Assembly: GCF_006345805.1 (NCBI RefSeq)
Contig: NC_043006.1
Span: 57,164,001-57,228,000, forward strand
Direction: 5' to 3'
Source: Octopus sinensis
Lineage: Eukaryota
Length of the DNA stretch: 64,000 bases
Part shown: positions 51,502 through 63,667 of the stretch, piece by piece
Layout: each line of letters starts with the position of its first letter
Position numbering within the stretch: position 1 is the stretch's first letter
Program-made: the position numbers and the translations under genes
Notes under the pieces: generated by a model
Database searches by the model: none
Told to the model about the DNA's origin: nothing
The model's input: only the letters and a program-made list of their open reading frames with translations

Positions 51502-51806
51502 CAATGGCCCAGTGGTTAGGGCAGCGGACTCACGGTCGGAGGATCGCGGTTTCGATTCCCAGACCGGGCGTTGTGTGTGTTTATTGAGTGAAAACACCTA
51601 AAAGCTCCACGAGGCTCCGGCAGCGGATGGTGGCGACCCCTGTGGTACTCTTTCGCCCCAACTTTCTCTCACTGTTTCTTCCCGTTTCTTGGGTAACGCT
51701 GCGATGGACTGGCGTCCCGTCCAGCTGGGGGGAACACATACGCCACAGAAACCGAGAAACCGGGCCCATGAGCCTGGCTAGGCTTGAAAAGGGCGCAAAA
51801 AAAAAA
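51502..51806 (+). mobile_element. SINE family D (head D, tail 3)
   Basis: CAATGGCCCAGTGGTTAGGGCAGCGGACTC head, poly-A, AACATTACAAAT TSD. Confidence 0.88.
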
Positions 51807-52340
51807 ACATTACAAATACTGATTCAGAGAGATGAGATTTCATTTTAAGAACTAGAAATACTTCAAATTTGAAGTAATCCACACTGAAATATTGGTTTCA
51901 AATTATTGTATAAGGCCAACAATTTTGGGGGAGGGGTTAAATCGATTACATCGACCCCAGTGCTCAACTGGTACTTATTTTATCGATCCTGAAAGGATGA
52001 AGGGCAAAGTCGATCTCGGCGGAATTTGAACTCAGAACATAAAGACAGATGAAACACCGCTAAACATTTTGCTCGGTGTGCTAACGATTCTGCTACCTCG
52101 CTGCCTTTATTAGTCTTAATATTGGTTTCAAATTTTGGCACAAGGCTAGCAGTTTCGAAAGAGAGATTAAATAGATTAAATCGAATCCAGAATCCAACTG
52201 GTACTTATTTTATCGATCCCGAATGAGATTAATGGCAAAATCGACCTCAGCGGAATTTGAATTGAACAGACGAAATACCGCTAATCATTTTTCCCGGTGT
52301 GTTAACGATTCTTATTTCTTTATTGCCACAATAATAATAA

Positions 52341-53253
52341 AACTAGAACAGCAACGAACCATGATAAAACGATGGCAAGAAATGCCCCTTCATGGCAAAT
52401 ACTGGACTAAACTAAATGCAAAAGAAATAGACAAAGAAAAATCCCAGCAATGGTTGAGAAGCTCAGGACTCAAAGCAGAGACAGAGGGATTTTTAATTGC
52501 AGCACAAGACCAAAGCCTCCCCACCAGAAATTACCAAAAACATGTAATGAAAAGAAATATAACAAGTAACTGCAGAATATGTGGAGATGGACAAGAAACA
52601 ATAAATCATATTATCTCTGGCTGCCCAGTCCTGGCTAAGAAGGAATATATTCACAGACACAACAGAGTTGGGACGTACATACACTGGAAGCTATGCCAAC
52701 ATTATGGAATAACAACAGAAAAAAGATGGTATAGGCACACACCAGAAAAGGTCACAGAAAACGAGAAAGCAAGCATACTTTGGGATATGCCAATATACAC
52801 AGATAGAGAAATTAAGGCCAACAGACCAGATATAGTTGTCAGAGATCATGAAGAAAAAAAAATGCTTTCTAATTGATGTATCAATACCAGCAGATGACAA
52901 CGTGTCTCTAAAAGAAATGGAGAAACTTTCAAAATACAAAGACCTGGAAATAGAGGTAACCAGAATGTGGAATCTAAAAACAGAAACAATTCCTATCATA
53001 GAAGGTGCATTAGGTATGATAAAAAATATTCAGACAAATACAAAACAAAAACACCAGGACTTACAAACCCATATAACATACAGAAAATTGCACTACTAGG
53101 CACTGTACACATCCTACGCAGAACACTTTCAATACAATAACCATCAGAGCATCACAACAAATCACAGCACATACCCAAGGCACACAGAGCTGCGCTCGGT
53201 AGTGAAGTGAAAGCACTGTATAAAAATAAGACTACTGAATGATGATGATGATG

Positions 53254-53293
<40 letters not shown>
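52341..53293 (+). mobile_element. 5'-truncated R4/Dong-clade non-LTR retrotransposon (zinc knuckle + restriction-like endonuclease)
   Basis: CRICGDGQETINHIISGC, RHNRV and NRPDIVV...LIDVSIP motifs, one frameshift in an A-run at ~52860, 3' (GAT)n(TAA)n tail, (TAA)3 at the 5' junction. Confidence 0.9.
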
Positions 53294-53294
<1 letters not shown>

Positions 53295-53671
53295 CCTTTC
53301 TACTAAAGGTACAAGGCTTGAAATTTAGGGGGGGACTAGTCGTTTATATCGACCCCAGTGTTTTACTGGTACTTATTTTATCGACCCCGAAAGGATGAAA
53401 GGCAATTTGAACTCAGAACGGAGCAACGGGTGAAATACCTATTTCTTTACTACCCACAAGGGGCTAAACACAGAGAGGACAAACAAGGACAGACAAACGG
53501 ATTAAGTCGATTATATCTACCCCAGTGCGTAACTGGTACTTATTTAATCGACCTCGAAAGGATGAAAGACAAAGTCGACCTCGGCGGAATTTGAACTCAG
53601 AACGTAAAGGCAGACGAAATACTTCTAAGCATTTCGCCCGGCGTGCTAACGTTTCTGCCATCTCGCCGTCT

Positions 53672-53719
<48 letters not shown>

Positions 53720-54642
53720 AGATGATGGTGATGATGATGATGATGATGAATAAATCCATCTCCATCAGCTGACTAATACCCACCTATAGGCGGCGAACTG
53801 GCCGAATTGCTGGAGTGTAGAATAGATTGCCTTAGGGCAGTTGTTCCAGTTCTCTGTTTTCTGAGTTCAAATCCCTCACGGGCCCACATTGTCTTTCATT
53901 CTTGGATAAAAAGTTTTGATAAATAAAATACCTGTCATTTACTAGAACTGATGCTTCTCTTCTTGTCTGTGTCTCTCTCTATCTGGAAGAAATCGATTAT
54001 GACAAAAGCTAACTAGAGATGGACTTCACTAAGTATTAAAATGTCCGAGATACACCGTGTGAAATGACGGCGCTACCACGTGTCCATCAGAATCTGAAAA
54101 AAAAAAACAAAAAAAAAAACTAATGAATACACTACAAGGACTCGGCCAGTTTGCCGCCTATTGATGAGTATTAATCAGCTGAATGAGATGGATCTTTTAA
54201 AAAAATTTTATTATTAGTCAGCGAGAAATTACCTCTAACCCAGACCATCTGAGGTACACGACTATCTTCACCCTTACTGCATTCATCCATAGATTCCTAC
54301 ACTTAACCTTTTCCCAGAGCTGAAACTTTCAGCTCTGATCCATCAGATATATAACTAAAACGCATTCCATTCGTGACTACTCCGTCTGTTTTTGTTTTCC
54401 AGATATAGTGTATCTAGAATCACCCTATCTAATGTATTTTTAAAGAAGGTATGGTGTGGTTTAAGGAAAAGCTGACTGCTATTTCTAGCAGGTCTAGTGG
54501 ATACTTGCCTTATGTGAATCGATCAACAGATGTTAAAGCTAAACGTCTTTACTTTTTTATCACCCATTTCATCGATTAGTAATTGACTTTAGAATAGAAA
54601 AATCTCATCTACAACATGTGTAGGAAGTTCAATCTACTACTA

Positions 54643-55020
54643 AAGGAAGCAGTCAGTCGGTTACGACGACGAGGGTTCCGGTTGATCCGATCAAAGGAAC
54701 ATCCTGCTCGTGAAATTACCGTGTAAGTGGCTGAGCACTCCACAGACACGTGCACCCTTAACGTAGTTCTCGGGGATATTCAGCGTGACACAGAGAGTGA
54801 CAAGGCCGGCCCCTCGAAATACAGGTACAACAGAAACAGGAAGTAAGAGTAAGTTGTGGTGAAAGAGTACAGCAGGGATCACCACCATCCCCTGCCGGAG
54901 CCTCGTGGAACTTTTAGGTGTTTTCGCTCAATAAACACTCACAACGCCCGGTCTGGGAATCGAAACCGCGGTCCTATGACCGCGAGTCCGCTGCCCTAAC
55001 CACTGGGCCATTGCGCCTCC
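54643..55020 (-). mobile_element. SINE family D head with tail 1
   Basis: Head D on the minus strand, tail homologous to 35085-35260, AATCTACTACTA TSD at 54631 and 55021. Confidence 0.9.
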
Positions 55021-55199
55021 AATCTACTACTATGATTAACAGGAATTAATTAATGAATGTTTAATCAACTCGTTGTTCTGTATTGAAGTTTAACCTGTAA
55101 AACAGAGCCAAGACAGAACACGGATGCAGTGGCTTCATGGTAAGAAATTCTAACACAACGACGTACAACAGAAATGACCGAACCGACGATTAAGTTGCT

Positions 55200-55500
55200 A
55201 TGCTGTCCACTCGACCTGGGATCATTGTTGATGATCTGGGTTTCAGTGACAAATTCCAACGTTCTGATGGCGTCTGTTCGTCGATCACGGGTTTTCTTCT
55301 CTGCTATCATCTCGTAATCGAATCCTGAATCTTTCAGCTCCTTTCTGACCGTTTGCACAGTCCTTCTGTTGATGTTGAGGAAGTCTGAAATCTCCTTGTT
55401 TGTCCTTCCGGTGCGGATTCCAAACAGGACTCCATGTCTCTTCCACAAATTTGTTTGTCTGTGTGTGTTAGCGGGTGAGCGTCACAATTTTCATTGTTCA
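55200..55500 (-). mobile_element. Tc1/maT-like transposase N-terminal fragment
   Basis: WKRHGVLFGIRTGRTNKEISDFLNINRRTVQTVRK...RTLEFV, an HTH-like N-terminus. Confidence 0.7.
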
Positions 55501-55699
55501 ATTATTCTGAAAAAAAAAAAAAGCAAAGATGGCTATTCTTTTTAAGAAGAAAAAGACCGACAACGAGAGTAAAAAAAAATATGCGTAGAATTAGCAGTTG
55601 AAAATTACGAACGAATAACGTTTGTTCCTATAGCTTAAAATCACACTGAAGAGCATGGCCTAGGGTGCACCTTGACTTGAAAAAGAGAAGTAAAAGAAG

Positions 55700-56068
55700 T
55701 GGTTGTTGCGGTTGGTGTTTGTTTGTTTGTTTGCTTGTTTGTTGAGCGAAGCGGTCTTCGTCCCAGAGTGGGAGAAGTCCGAAATGTGATCCTTTGCTAT
55801 TCGTAAGACACGCAGAGGAGAAAGCAGGTCAACCCCCGACACCGACAGCATCGACGGATGGATGAATGTGCATCCAGGCTCAGCGGTTGCGTAGGAAGTC
55901 GGGGACAAGAAACAGGAAGAAAGAGTGAGAGAAAGTTGGAGCGAAAGAGTACAACAGGGGTCGCCACCCCCCCCTCCTGTCGGAACTTCGTGGAGCTTTA
56001 GGTGTTTTCGCTCAATAAACACACACAACGCCCGGTCTGGGAATCGAAACCGCGATCCTCCGACCGCG
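55700..56068 (-). mobile_element. SINE family D body with a further tail ending in (AAAC)n
   Basis: Shares ATCGCGGTTTCGATTCCCAGACCGGGCGTTG...AAAGTTCCAC with the other D copies. The 3' half is unrelated. Confidence 0.8.
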
Positions 56069-56335
56069 TGCAGTTGGTGTGCCTCTTGGCCTATGTTTGC
56101 TCGATAAAGGTTGATCGAGGGTTTAGCAGCAACAACTGAATCGATACGCCGGAAGAGCTACCACAATACTATTCTATTTCGTAACTACCCCGAGCCAACG
56201 AACGAGGGGAATCACTATGCTCTTGCTGGATATGACAGAAATAACTGCCAAATCTCCCTCATACGATATTACGCTGTCTTTAAAAAAGAAGACTACATTG
56301 GATAATGTAGTTTTTTTTTGTGTATTCATCTAAAT

Positions 56336-57624
56336 CAGTGGTTCTCAACCATTTTTTATTGATGGATCCCTTTGACTATTATTTTATCACTTTTAGCTCT
56401 TTTACTTGTTTCGGTCATTTGACTGCGGCCTTGCTGGAGCACTGCCTTTAGTCGAGCAAATCGACCCCAGGACTTATACTTTGTAAGCTTAGTACTTATT
56501 CTATCGGTCTCTTTTACCGAACCGCTAAGTTACGGTGACGTAAACACACCAGCATCGGCTGTCAATCGATGTTGGGGGGCGGGGACAATCATATACACAC
56601 ACACATACATATATATATATACTTATATACGACGAGCTTCTTTCAGTTTCCGTCTATCAAATCCACTCACAAGGCTTAGGTCGGCCCGAGGCTTATAGAA
56701 GAAAACACTTGCCCAAGGTGCCACGCAGTAGGACTGAACCCGGAACCATGTGGTTTGTAAGCAAGCTACTTACCACACAGCCACCTCTGCGCCTATATTC
56801 GATTATTATTTTATTCTGGCGAACTCCCAAAATCATTTGATGTTTAAAGACCAATTTTATTGATACTTCTTTCAAAATTCCTAGTTTGTTCATCATACAT
56901 TGACTTGTGTAGTTTAAACTACACAAGTAAATCCTCGAGTATAGTCCGCCCTTGAGTATAATACGCAGGGGATTTTTAGGGGACTGTACCTCTGAAAAAC
57001 CTAAACCTTGTGTATAATACGCACCCTTCTCTAACTTCAGTCAAGGAGGTCTATATAACGTCCTAGGTTTGTAAAAATGTATACGGTAACGTCCTTTATT
57101 ATTATTGTATATATAACATAATGCAAACGTGTAGCATTTTTATGCATTTTGTTTGCAGAAAATAAAGAAATAACAGTAATAACATTTAATAAATGTTGCT
57201 TACTGCAAATATGGATGATTCTTTTATGACTTCATTGCTTTCAGGCTTAGCTTAAGGTATTTTCGTGCCCGACATCACAAAATGCGTCTGAATAAACATT
57301 GCCGGATAGCAAATAGAGACTCAGATATTGCTTAGAAAATAATTTTCATTTTAAACCTCGTATATAGTACGCACTGGGGATTTTGACCTTTAAATTTTGG
57401 GAAAAAATGCGGATTATACTCGAGGATTTACGGTATATAAAATGTTAAAGAAACAAACCTTGCCGTTTCTTGCAATAAATAGATCAAAACCAAAACTTTC
57501 TCATGGATTCTTAAAATACCACCATTGATCTTCAATTTACTATTTTCTTTGCGTGGACTTCCGCCACATCCATTCTTATATGGACCTTCAGGGAGGTCAT
57601 GTGGACCACAGGTGGGAACCACTG
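56336..57624. mobile_element. Old hAT-like MITE carrying a nested SINE and a nested pogo-like MITE
   Basis: CAGTGGTTCTCAACC ... GGTGGGAACCACTG termini. The 8-bp flanks match only 5/8. Confidence 0.6.
56927..57433. mobile_element. Fourth copy of the same MITE, inverted, left terminus damaged
   Basis: Reverse complement of the 40810 unit. It starts GTAAATCCTCGAG without the terminal CC. Confidence 0.92.
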
Positions 57625-57689
57625 GTGTAAGTGGAATACAAGATGGTTTTACCTGGGCAGCAACAGTAGCTACTACAACAAGGTAAACG

Positions 57690-58030
57690 GGTAAAGACCG
57701 CCTTCGGTCATAAATGACTACGGGATTGCACCTAGAAAGTTTCCCTCCGAGGTACAAGTCCGGGCAAGGTTGTTTATGGAAGACCGGCAGTCGTCCATGC
57801 ATACCAGTCTCCCCTCTCCATGCCACCTATGTTATCCAAATGAAAGGCGAGGGCCGATACAGCTGGGTACCAGTGACGTCACAACTCATTTCTACAGCTG
57901 AGTGAACGGGAGCAATGGGAAATGAAGTGTCTTGCTCAAGAACACACCACACAGCCCGGTCCGGGAATCAAACTCACTACCACATGATTGCGAACCCGAT
58001 GCTCTAACTACTGAGCCATGCGCCTTCACG
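57690..58030 (-). mobile_element. SINE family C head with a different tail (tail 2)
   Basis: GGCGCATGGCTCAGTAGTTAG...TTCTTGAGCAAGACACTT head, GCTACTACA TSD-like flanks. Confidence 0.8.
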
Positions 58031-58989
58031 GCTACTACAGCAACAGCACTAACATCATAATTCTCAGTTTTGCTTATAACCTAAAGAGCTTTGTCAATAG
58101 TTTCAACGGCATCCTGCTGAGGTGCCACGCCTTAATCTATTACTGTTTAGAAAAACTAAAACGCTACCCAACAGGACATTGTTTATTAATCCATCAAAAT
58201 TATCTATTGGTGTCTATTACTAAATGTGCCTACGTGCGATTACATGAAAATCTAGGTGGGGAGTGTGGTTGGTGTAGCATATAATAAACAATCTAATTTT
58301 TTTCTTTTTCATGAATTAACCCGAGGAAAAAGTGGAGTGGGGATGGCCTACTTCAGAGCTTCTGTGGCGGGTAGGAGAGAGACTGGTGGAAATTAAATTC
58401 ACACAGAAGTTTTGTCCCAACAGAGTAGATTCAGCTTAAGATGTGGTCCTCAATAAGGCACCATATGATGCTTGGGACCCATCTAAGTTGTTGTTAAAGC
58501 TCGCGTACATTTAGTCGGTTTTACTTGTACAATACACAAAAATATTTAAACGATTCTCTTTATGTAATTCCTAATAGTATTTAATTATAAAGATATCTTT
58601 ATCTTTTAGCTTTTACTTGTTTCAGTCATTAGACTGCGGCCATGCTGGAGGACCACCTTGAAAAATTTTCAGTCGAATGAATCGATCGTGGTATTTATTT
58701 TGTTTTTTAAAGTTTGGTACTTATTCTGTCAGTATCCTTGGTCGAACAGTTAGATTACGGGGATGTAAACATTCCAACACCGGTTGTCAAGCAGTGGTGA
58801 GAGAGAAACACAGGCACAAACACACACAGAAATACATACACACAAACACTCATATATGAGACGAGTTTCTTCCAGTTTCCGCCTACCAAATCCACTCACA
58901 AGACTTTGGTTAGTCTTGGGCTATAGTAGAAGATGCTTGCACAAGGTGCCATGCAGTGGAACATACATACATACATACATACATACAAA

Positions 58990-59285
58990 AATATCCTGTT
59001 GTTGATGTTGAAATTCCAATGAAGGAGCGTTGGATCTAGGTTAGAAACCGGCTCTTTCTCTATTGGCAAGAAATCTTAAAATAAAACTGAATAATGACAT
59101 ACATAGTTCTATAGTTAAGAGATGAGGAATTATGTGCATTATTTACATTATTTACATTTGACAGATATTTGTCCTCATCTTGTTTGTTGTTAACACAACG
59201 TTTCGGCTGATATACCCTCCAGCCTTCATCAGGTGTCTTGGGAAATTTCGTGAAATGTAAATAATGTAAATAATGTAAAATAATA
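58990..59285. mobile_element. Penelope-like terminal fragments within (TACA)n
   Basis: Minus strand CTGATGAAGGCTGGAGGGTATATCAGCCGAAACGTTGTG resembles the Penelope 3' CTGA..GAA...CGAAACG motif. Confidence 0.5.
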
Positions 59286-59729
59286 GACATACATACATAC
59301 ATACATACATACATACATACATACATACATACATACATACCTGCAGTATCTATGGAAATTCCACGGTTATTTTGAAAACTATAAGATGGTCGGAATTTTA
59401 TAGAGAATCGTGAAATATATGATTTCTTTTGAAATTTTATTTTGTTTGAAATAGTTCATTCTTTAAATTATGTAAAACTTCATATATGTAATACTGGATG
59501 TGTAGTTTCAAGAGACAGCATCTCTGAAAGCTAGAGTTCTTCTCATCTCTTCAGATGTTACCTACTATTTCTTATTTGACGTCAAGAAGTAACTATGGAA
59601 CGAAATTGAAGATATAATCTATCCATGATATTATTCTGTCAATGTACATCCATATTTTGGTACCATTGAGTGAATTTTAGTAGCTGGCTTACCGATCTGT
59701 GGATGTTTATCTTTTATCTTTTATTTCTT

Positions 59730-60117
59730 ACTAACAGTATCGCCCGGCGATGCTTGGATTTGTCTCGACCCTTTAGAGTTGGAATTTTTGAAAAGTAAAA
59801 ATTTTGCATTATGTAGCTTGTTATTCTCTTTAAGTAAAATTTTTCTGGTTGAAATACACCGAAAAATGGCGACACAGCAGTCAAAAAATCGTAAAAAATA
59901 GGGATTTTCATAGAAAAAAAAACACCTTTTTGATGTAAATAATTTTTGGTGTTAACAAGGACCGATTTGAATTTTTTCTTCTACGGAAGGAAAAGCAAGC
60001 CTCCTTCTATCATACTCTCAATTTTGGTCAACTTGCGCAACAGGGTCTCGGGGGAGATAGTGTTAGTTGAAGGCTACCAAACCTACCACACACACAGACA
60101 ACTCTAGCTTTATATAT
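59730..60117 (+). mobile_element. Non-autonomous Helitron/Helentron-like element inserted at a SINE tail
   Basis: 5' ACTAACAGTATCGCCCGGCG... and 3' ACACACAGACAACTCTAGCTTTATATAT resemble invertebrate non-autonomous Helitron ends as I recall them. No TSD. Confidence 0.6.
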
Positions 60118-60394
60118 TTGTTCCATTCAGTTGACTGCAGCCATGCTGAGACAACACTTTGAATTCTTAGTGAAATAAATCGACCCGGGTACTTATTTCT
60201 ATTTATGTCTAGTATTTGTACTATCAGTATCTTTTGCTGAACCACTAAGTTACTCGAACGTAAACAAATCAGCATCGGTTGTCAAACGGCGGTGGTGGAT
60301 AAACACAGATACAAAGACAAACATGCACACGCACGCAACACATACACAACAGGCATATATACATGCACAACACACACACCACGCATATACACAC

Positions 60395-60419
60395 ATACAT
60401 ACATACATACATACATACA

Positions 60420-60453
<34 letters not shown>

Positions 60454-60459
60454 CATACA

Positions 60460-60510
<51 letters not shown>

Positions 60511-60525
60511 TATATATATATAATA

Positions 60526-60562
<37 letters not shown>
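60395..60562. repeat. (ATAC)n(TA)n compound microsatellite
   Basis: Direct reading. Confidence 0.99.
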
Positions 60563-60570
<8 letters not shown>

Positions 60571-60984
60571 ATCCAAACAAGAAAACACAGAAAAAAAGAG
60601 AAAAAAACAGCAACGCGAGGACGTGGAACAATTAAGTATTATTGACGCTCAGGAAAGAAGGGAAGGAGGGTTCAACGTTTCGAGCGGAGCTCTTCGTCGG
60701 AAACAAGAGAAGGAAAGATCCCAGAAGGGAAGACAGAGGAAAAAATATTTTTGCTGGTGGTGGTCATATATATATATATATATATATATATGCCATGATA
60801 GATTGTTAGCTCCTACACGCATTTTTTTCTCTCCTGGTTTTTTTCTGTGTATCTTTCTGTCGAAGAGCGTAGGCTCGAAACGTAAAAGACTTTTTCTATT
60901 TCTATTCCTGAGCGCTATACTAATACATTTGTTTGTTTGTACTCCACCTGCCTTCGTCTTTTGTTTATTTTCGTAAACTTTCCC

Positions 60985-60990
<6 letters not shown>
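60562..60990. mobile_element. Two Penelope-like terminal fragments between (TA)n tracts
   Basis: GAAGAGCGTAGGCTCGAAACGT (plus) and GAAGAGCTCCGCTCGAAACGTT (minus) motifs, each bounded by (TA)n. Confidence 0.45.
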
Positions 60991-61027
<37 letters not shown>

Positions 61028-61324
61028 GACGGGCTTCTTTCAGTTCCCATCTATCACATCTACTCACAAGGCTTTAGTCGGCCTGAGGTACCATGCAGTG
61101 AGACTGGACCCGGAAACATGATTGGGAAGCAAGCTTCTTACCACCCAAGTTACCTGTGATATAGGCGCAAACATGGCTTCCTAACCATGTGATACTTGAT
61201 TCGGTCCCACTGAATAGTATCCTCTGCTACTATAGTCTCGAGTTAATGCATTGAGTAAAATTTGACAGAGAGAAACAGTATGAAAGCCCATCGCGCGTGC
61301 GTGTGTGTGTTTGTGAGTGAGATT

Positions 61325-61431
<107 letters not shown>

Positions 61432-61740
61432 TGCATATTTGTGTGCTTGTACGTTTAAGTTTACGCTGCCTAAAACCAGTGATGTTGTTGATGCACCGTA
61501 GCATAGCGGATCGGCAAATACGAATTGATAAAATAAGTACCAAAGTTTAACGTAATAACTAGGATCATTATGATCAATATAACTCTTGAAAGCAGTGCTC
61601 CAGCATGGGTACAATCCACTAACCGGTAAAAGCCTAACTGAATAAAAATGCATAAATACCATACTTTAATTAACTAATTTATATTATTATGATTGTAACG
61701 ATTACCTTAATCATTTACATATATATTTACATATATATTA

Positions 61741-62150
61741 AGGCGGCGAGCTGGCAGAAACGTTAGCGCGCCGGGCGAAATGCTTAGCGGTATTTCGTCT
61801 GTCGTTACGTTGTGAGTTCAAATTCCGCCGAGGTCGACTTTACCTTTCATCCTTTCGGGGTCGATAAATAAAGTACCAGTTTCGCACTGGGGTCGATGTA
61901 ATCGACTTAATCCGTTTGTCTGTCCTTGTTTGTCCCCTCTATGTTTAGCCCCTTGTGGGTAATAAAGAAATAGGTATTTCGTCTGTCGTTACGTTGTGAG
62001 TTCAAATTCCGCCGAGGTCGACTTTACCTTTCATCCTTTCGGGGTCGATAAATAAAGTACCAGTTTCGCACTGGGGTCGATGTAATCGACTTAATCCGTT
62101 TGTCTGTCCTTGTTTGTCCCCTCTATGTTTAGCCCCTTGTGGGTAGTGAA
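61741..62150 (+). mobile_element. Family-A SINE dimer with TSD
   Basis: Full unit plus an exact repeat of its 3' ~185 bp, flanked by the TTACATATATATT direct repeat. Confidence 0.92.
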
Positions 62151-62512
62151 AAAAAAAAAATTACATATATATTTATATTTACACGTACACACACATTTTG
62201 CGATATCTTGATATTCTAACTTCACCTCCTCCTTCTTCATCTTTAAATATCCGCATCACTTTCGCTTCTTTTTCTTGCGTCTACTTTCTTGTTCCTTCAA
62301 ATTCTCATGCTTTCCCTCTCTATCCCTCTGTATCTTTCTTCACAATCAAAGCCAACGTGTATATATATACATCACATACACACACACATATACACACATA
62401 TATCTACATGCTAATCCTGTTATTTTACTTACAAAGATGCTGTTAAAAACACTTCAAAAACACAGAGAAACTCAGCCTTTCACTTTTTAGAATCCCCTTT
62501 CATACTCTGTCC

Positions 62513-62731
62513 TAGTGCTTTTCAAACTTTTTGCTGGAGCGGAACCCCAAGGAAATATTCCACTGGCTCGAGGAACCCCTGTGCAATAATTTAATAGTTT
62601 TATGCACACATATCTGTACAGGAGAATCAAAAATTACTGCCGATTTTAGCAGTTTTGTAACTTCTTGCGGAACCCCTGGACTGTACTGGCGGAACCCTAA
62701 GGTTCCGAGGAACCCTGGTTGAAAACCACTA
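62513..62731. mobile_element. hAT (Charlie-like) MITE
   Basis: TIR TAGTGCTTTTCAA/TTGAAAACCACTA, perfect 8-bp TSD CTCTGTCC, internal GGAACCC repeats. Confidence 0.92.
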
Positions 62732-62939
62732 CTCTGTCCTATTTCTCTTCATATGTTTCTCTTTCTCTCTCTTCGTCTCTCTTGCATTCCTTCTGTATCT
62801 CTGTCTCTCTCTATCATTCGCAGTTTTCTTTCACATGTGCTACGCCGCAGCCAATCAGCAAATAGACTTCACTCTGTTTGCATGTAAGTCAAAAACGTAG
62901 AGAAACTCAGCCTTTCGTTTTCTTAGAATTCCCTGTCGT

Positions 62940-63320
62940 TGGCGCATGAGTGGTTGTGTGGTAAGTAGCTTGCTTACCAACCACATGGTTCCGGGTTCAT
63001 TCCCACCGTGTGGTACCTTGGGTAAGTGTCTTCTACTATAGCCTTGGGCCAACCAAAGCCTTGTGAGTGGATTTGGTAGACGGAAACTGAAAGAAGCCCG
63101 TCATATATGTGTGTTTGTCCCCCACCCCACCCAACATCACTTGACAACCGATGCTGGTGTGTTTACGTCCTCGTAACTTAGCGGTTCGGCAAAAGAGACC
63201 GATATAATAAGTACTAGGCTTACAAAGAATAAGTCCTGGGGTCGATTTACTCGATTAAAAAGGCGGTGCTCCAGCATGGCCGCAGTCAAATGACTGAAAC
63301 AAGTAAAAGAGTAAAGAGTA
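62940..63320 (+). mobile_element. SINE family B, full length
   Basis: Complete copy with many CpGs retained. Confidence 0.9.
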
Positions 63321-63549
63321 AAGAGAGTACCTTGTCTTCTTGTTTCTCTTTATATGTTTCTTTCTCTCTCTATGTCGCTCTCTCACTTTCCCTGTCTCTC
63401 TCTATCATTCGCAATTTAACTTTCTTTCACATGCGCTACGCCGTAGCTCATCAGCAAATAGACTTCACTCTATTTGTATATAAGTCACAAACCAGCGGTT
63501 CACTTCGTTTCGAGATGATCCGAGCACATGATATTGATAAGGCACAATA

Positions 63550-63667
63550 ATGGCGATACATCGGTTTCTGCTATTGTTTCACTTGGTCTGTGACATTCAG
63601 ATGTTCTTTAACATTCGGCATCGTGTGGAAAGCTTCCCTGGACGCTATCCCGCAGCAAATTTGGCGT
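63550..63667 (+). CDS. Candidate first exon of a plus-strand gene, signal-peptide-like (MAIHRFLLLFHLVCDIQMFF...)
   Basis: ataATGG context, 39 open codons, phase-1 GTAAGC donor, short hydrophobic stretch after a basic residue, CpG-rich non-repeat DNA. Confidence 0.4.

Noticed and set aside
51502-51570. tRNA-like sequences (also 34946, 43295, 54950, 57960, 61741)
   Set aside because: These are SINE heads with A/B boxes continuing into SINE bodies, without a complete cloverleaf.
52223-52340. N-terminal part of the 217-aa ORF
   Set aside because: Chance read-through from an antisense SINE. LINE homology starts at ~52341.
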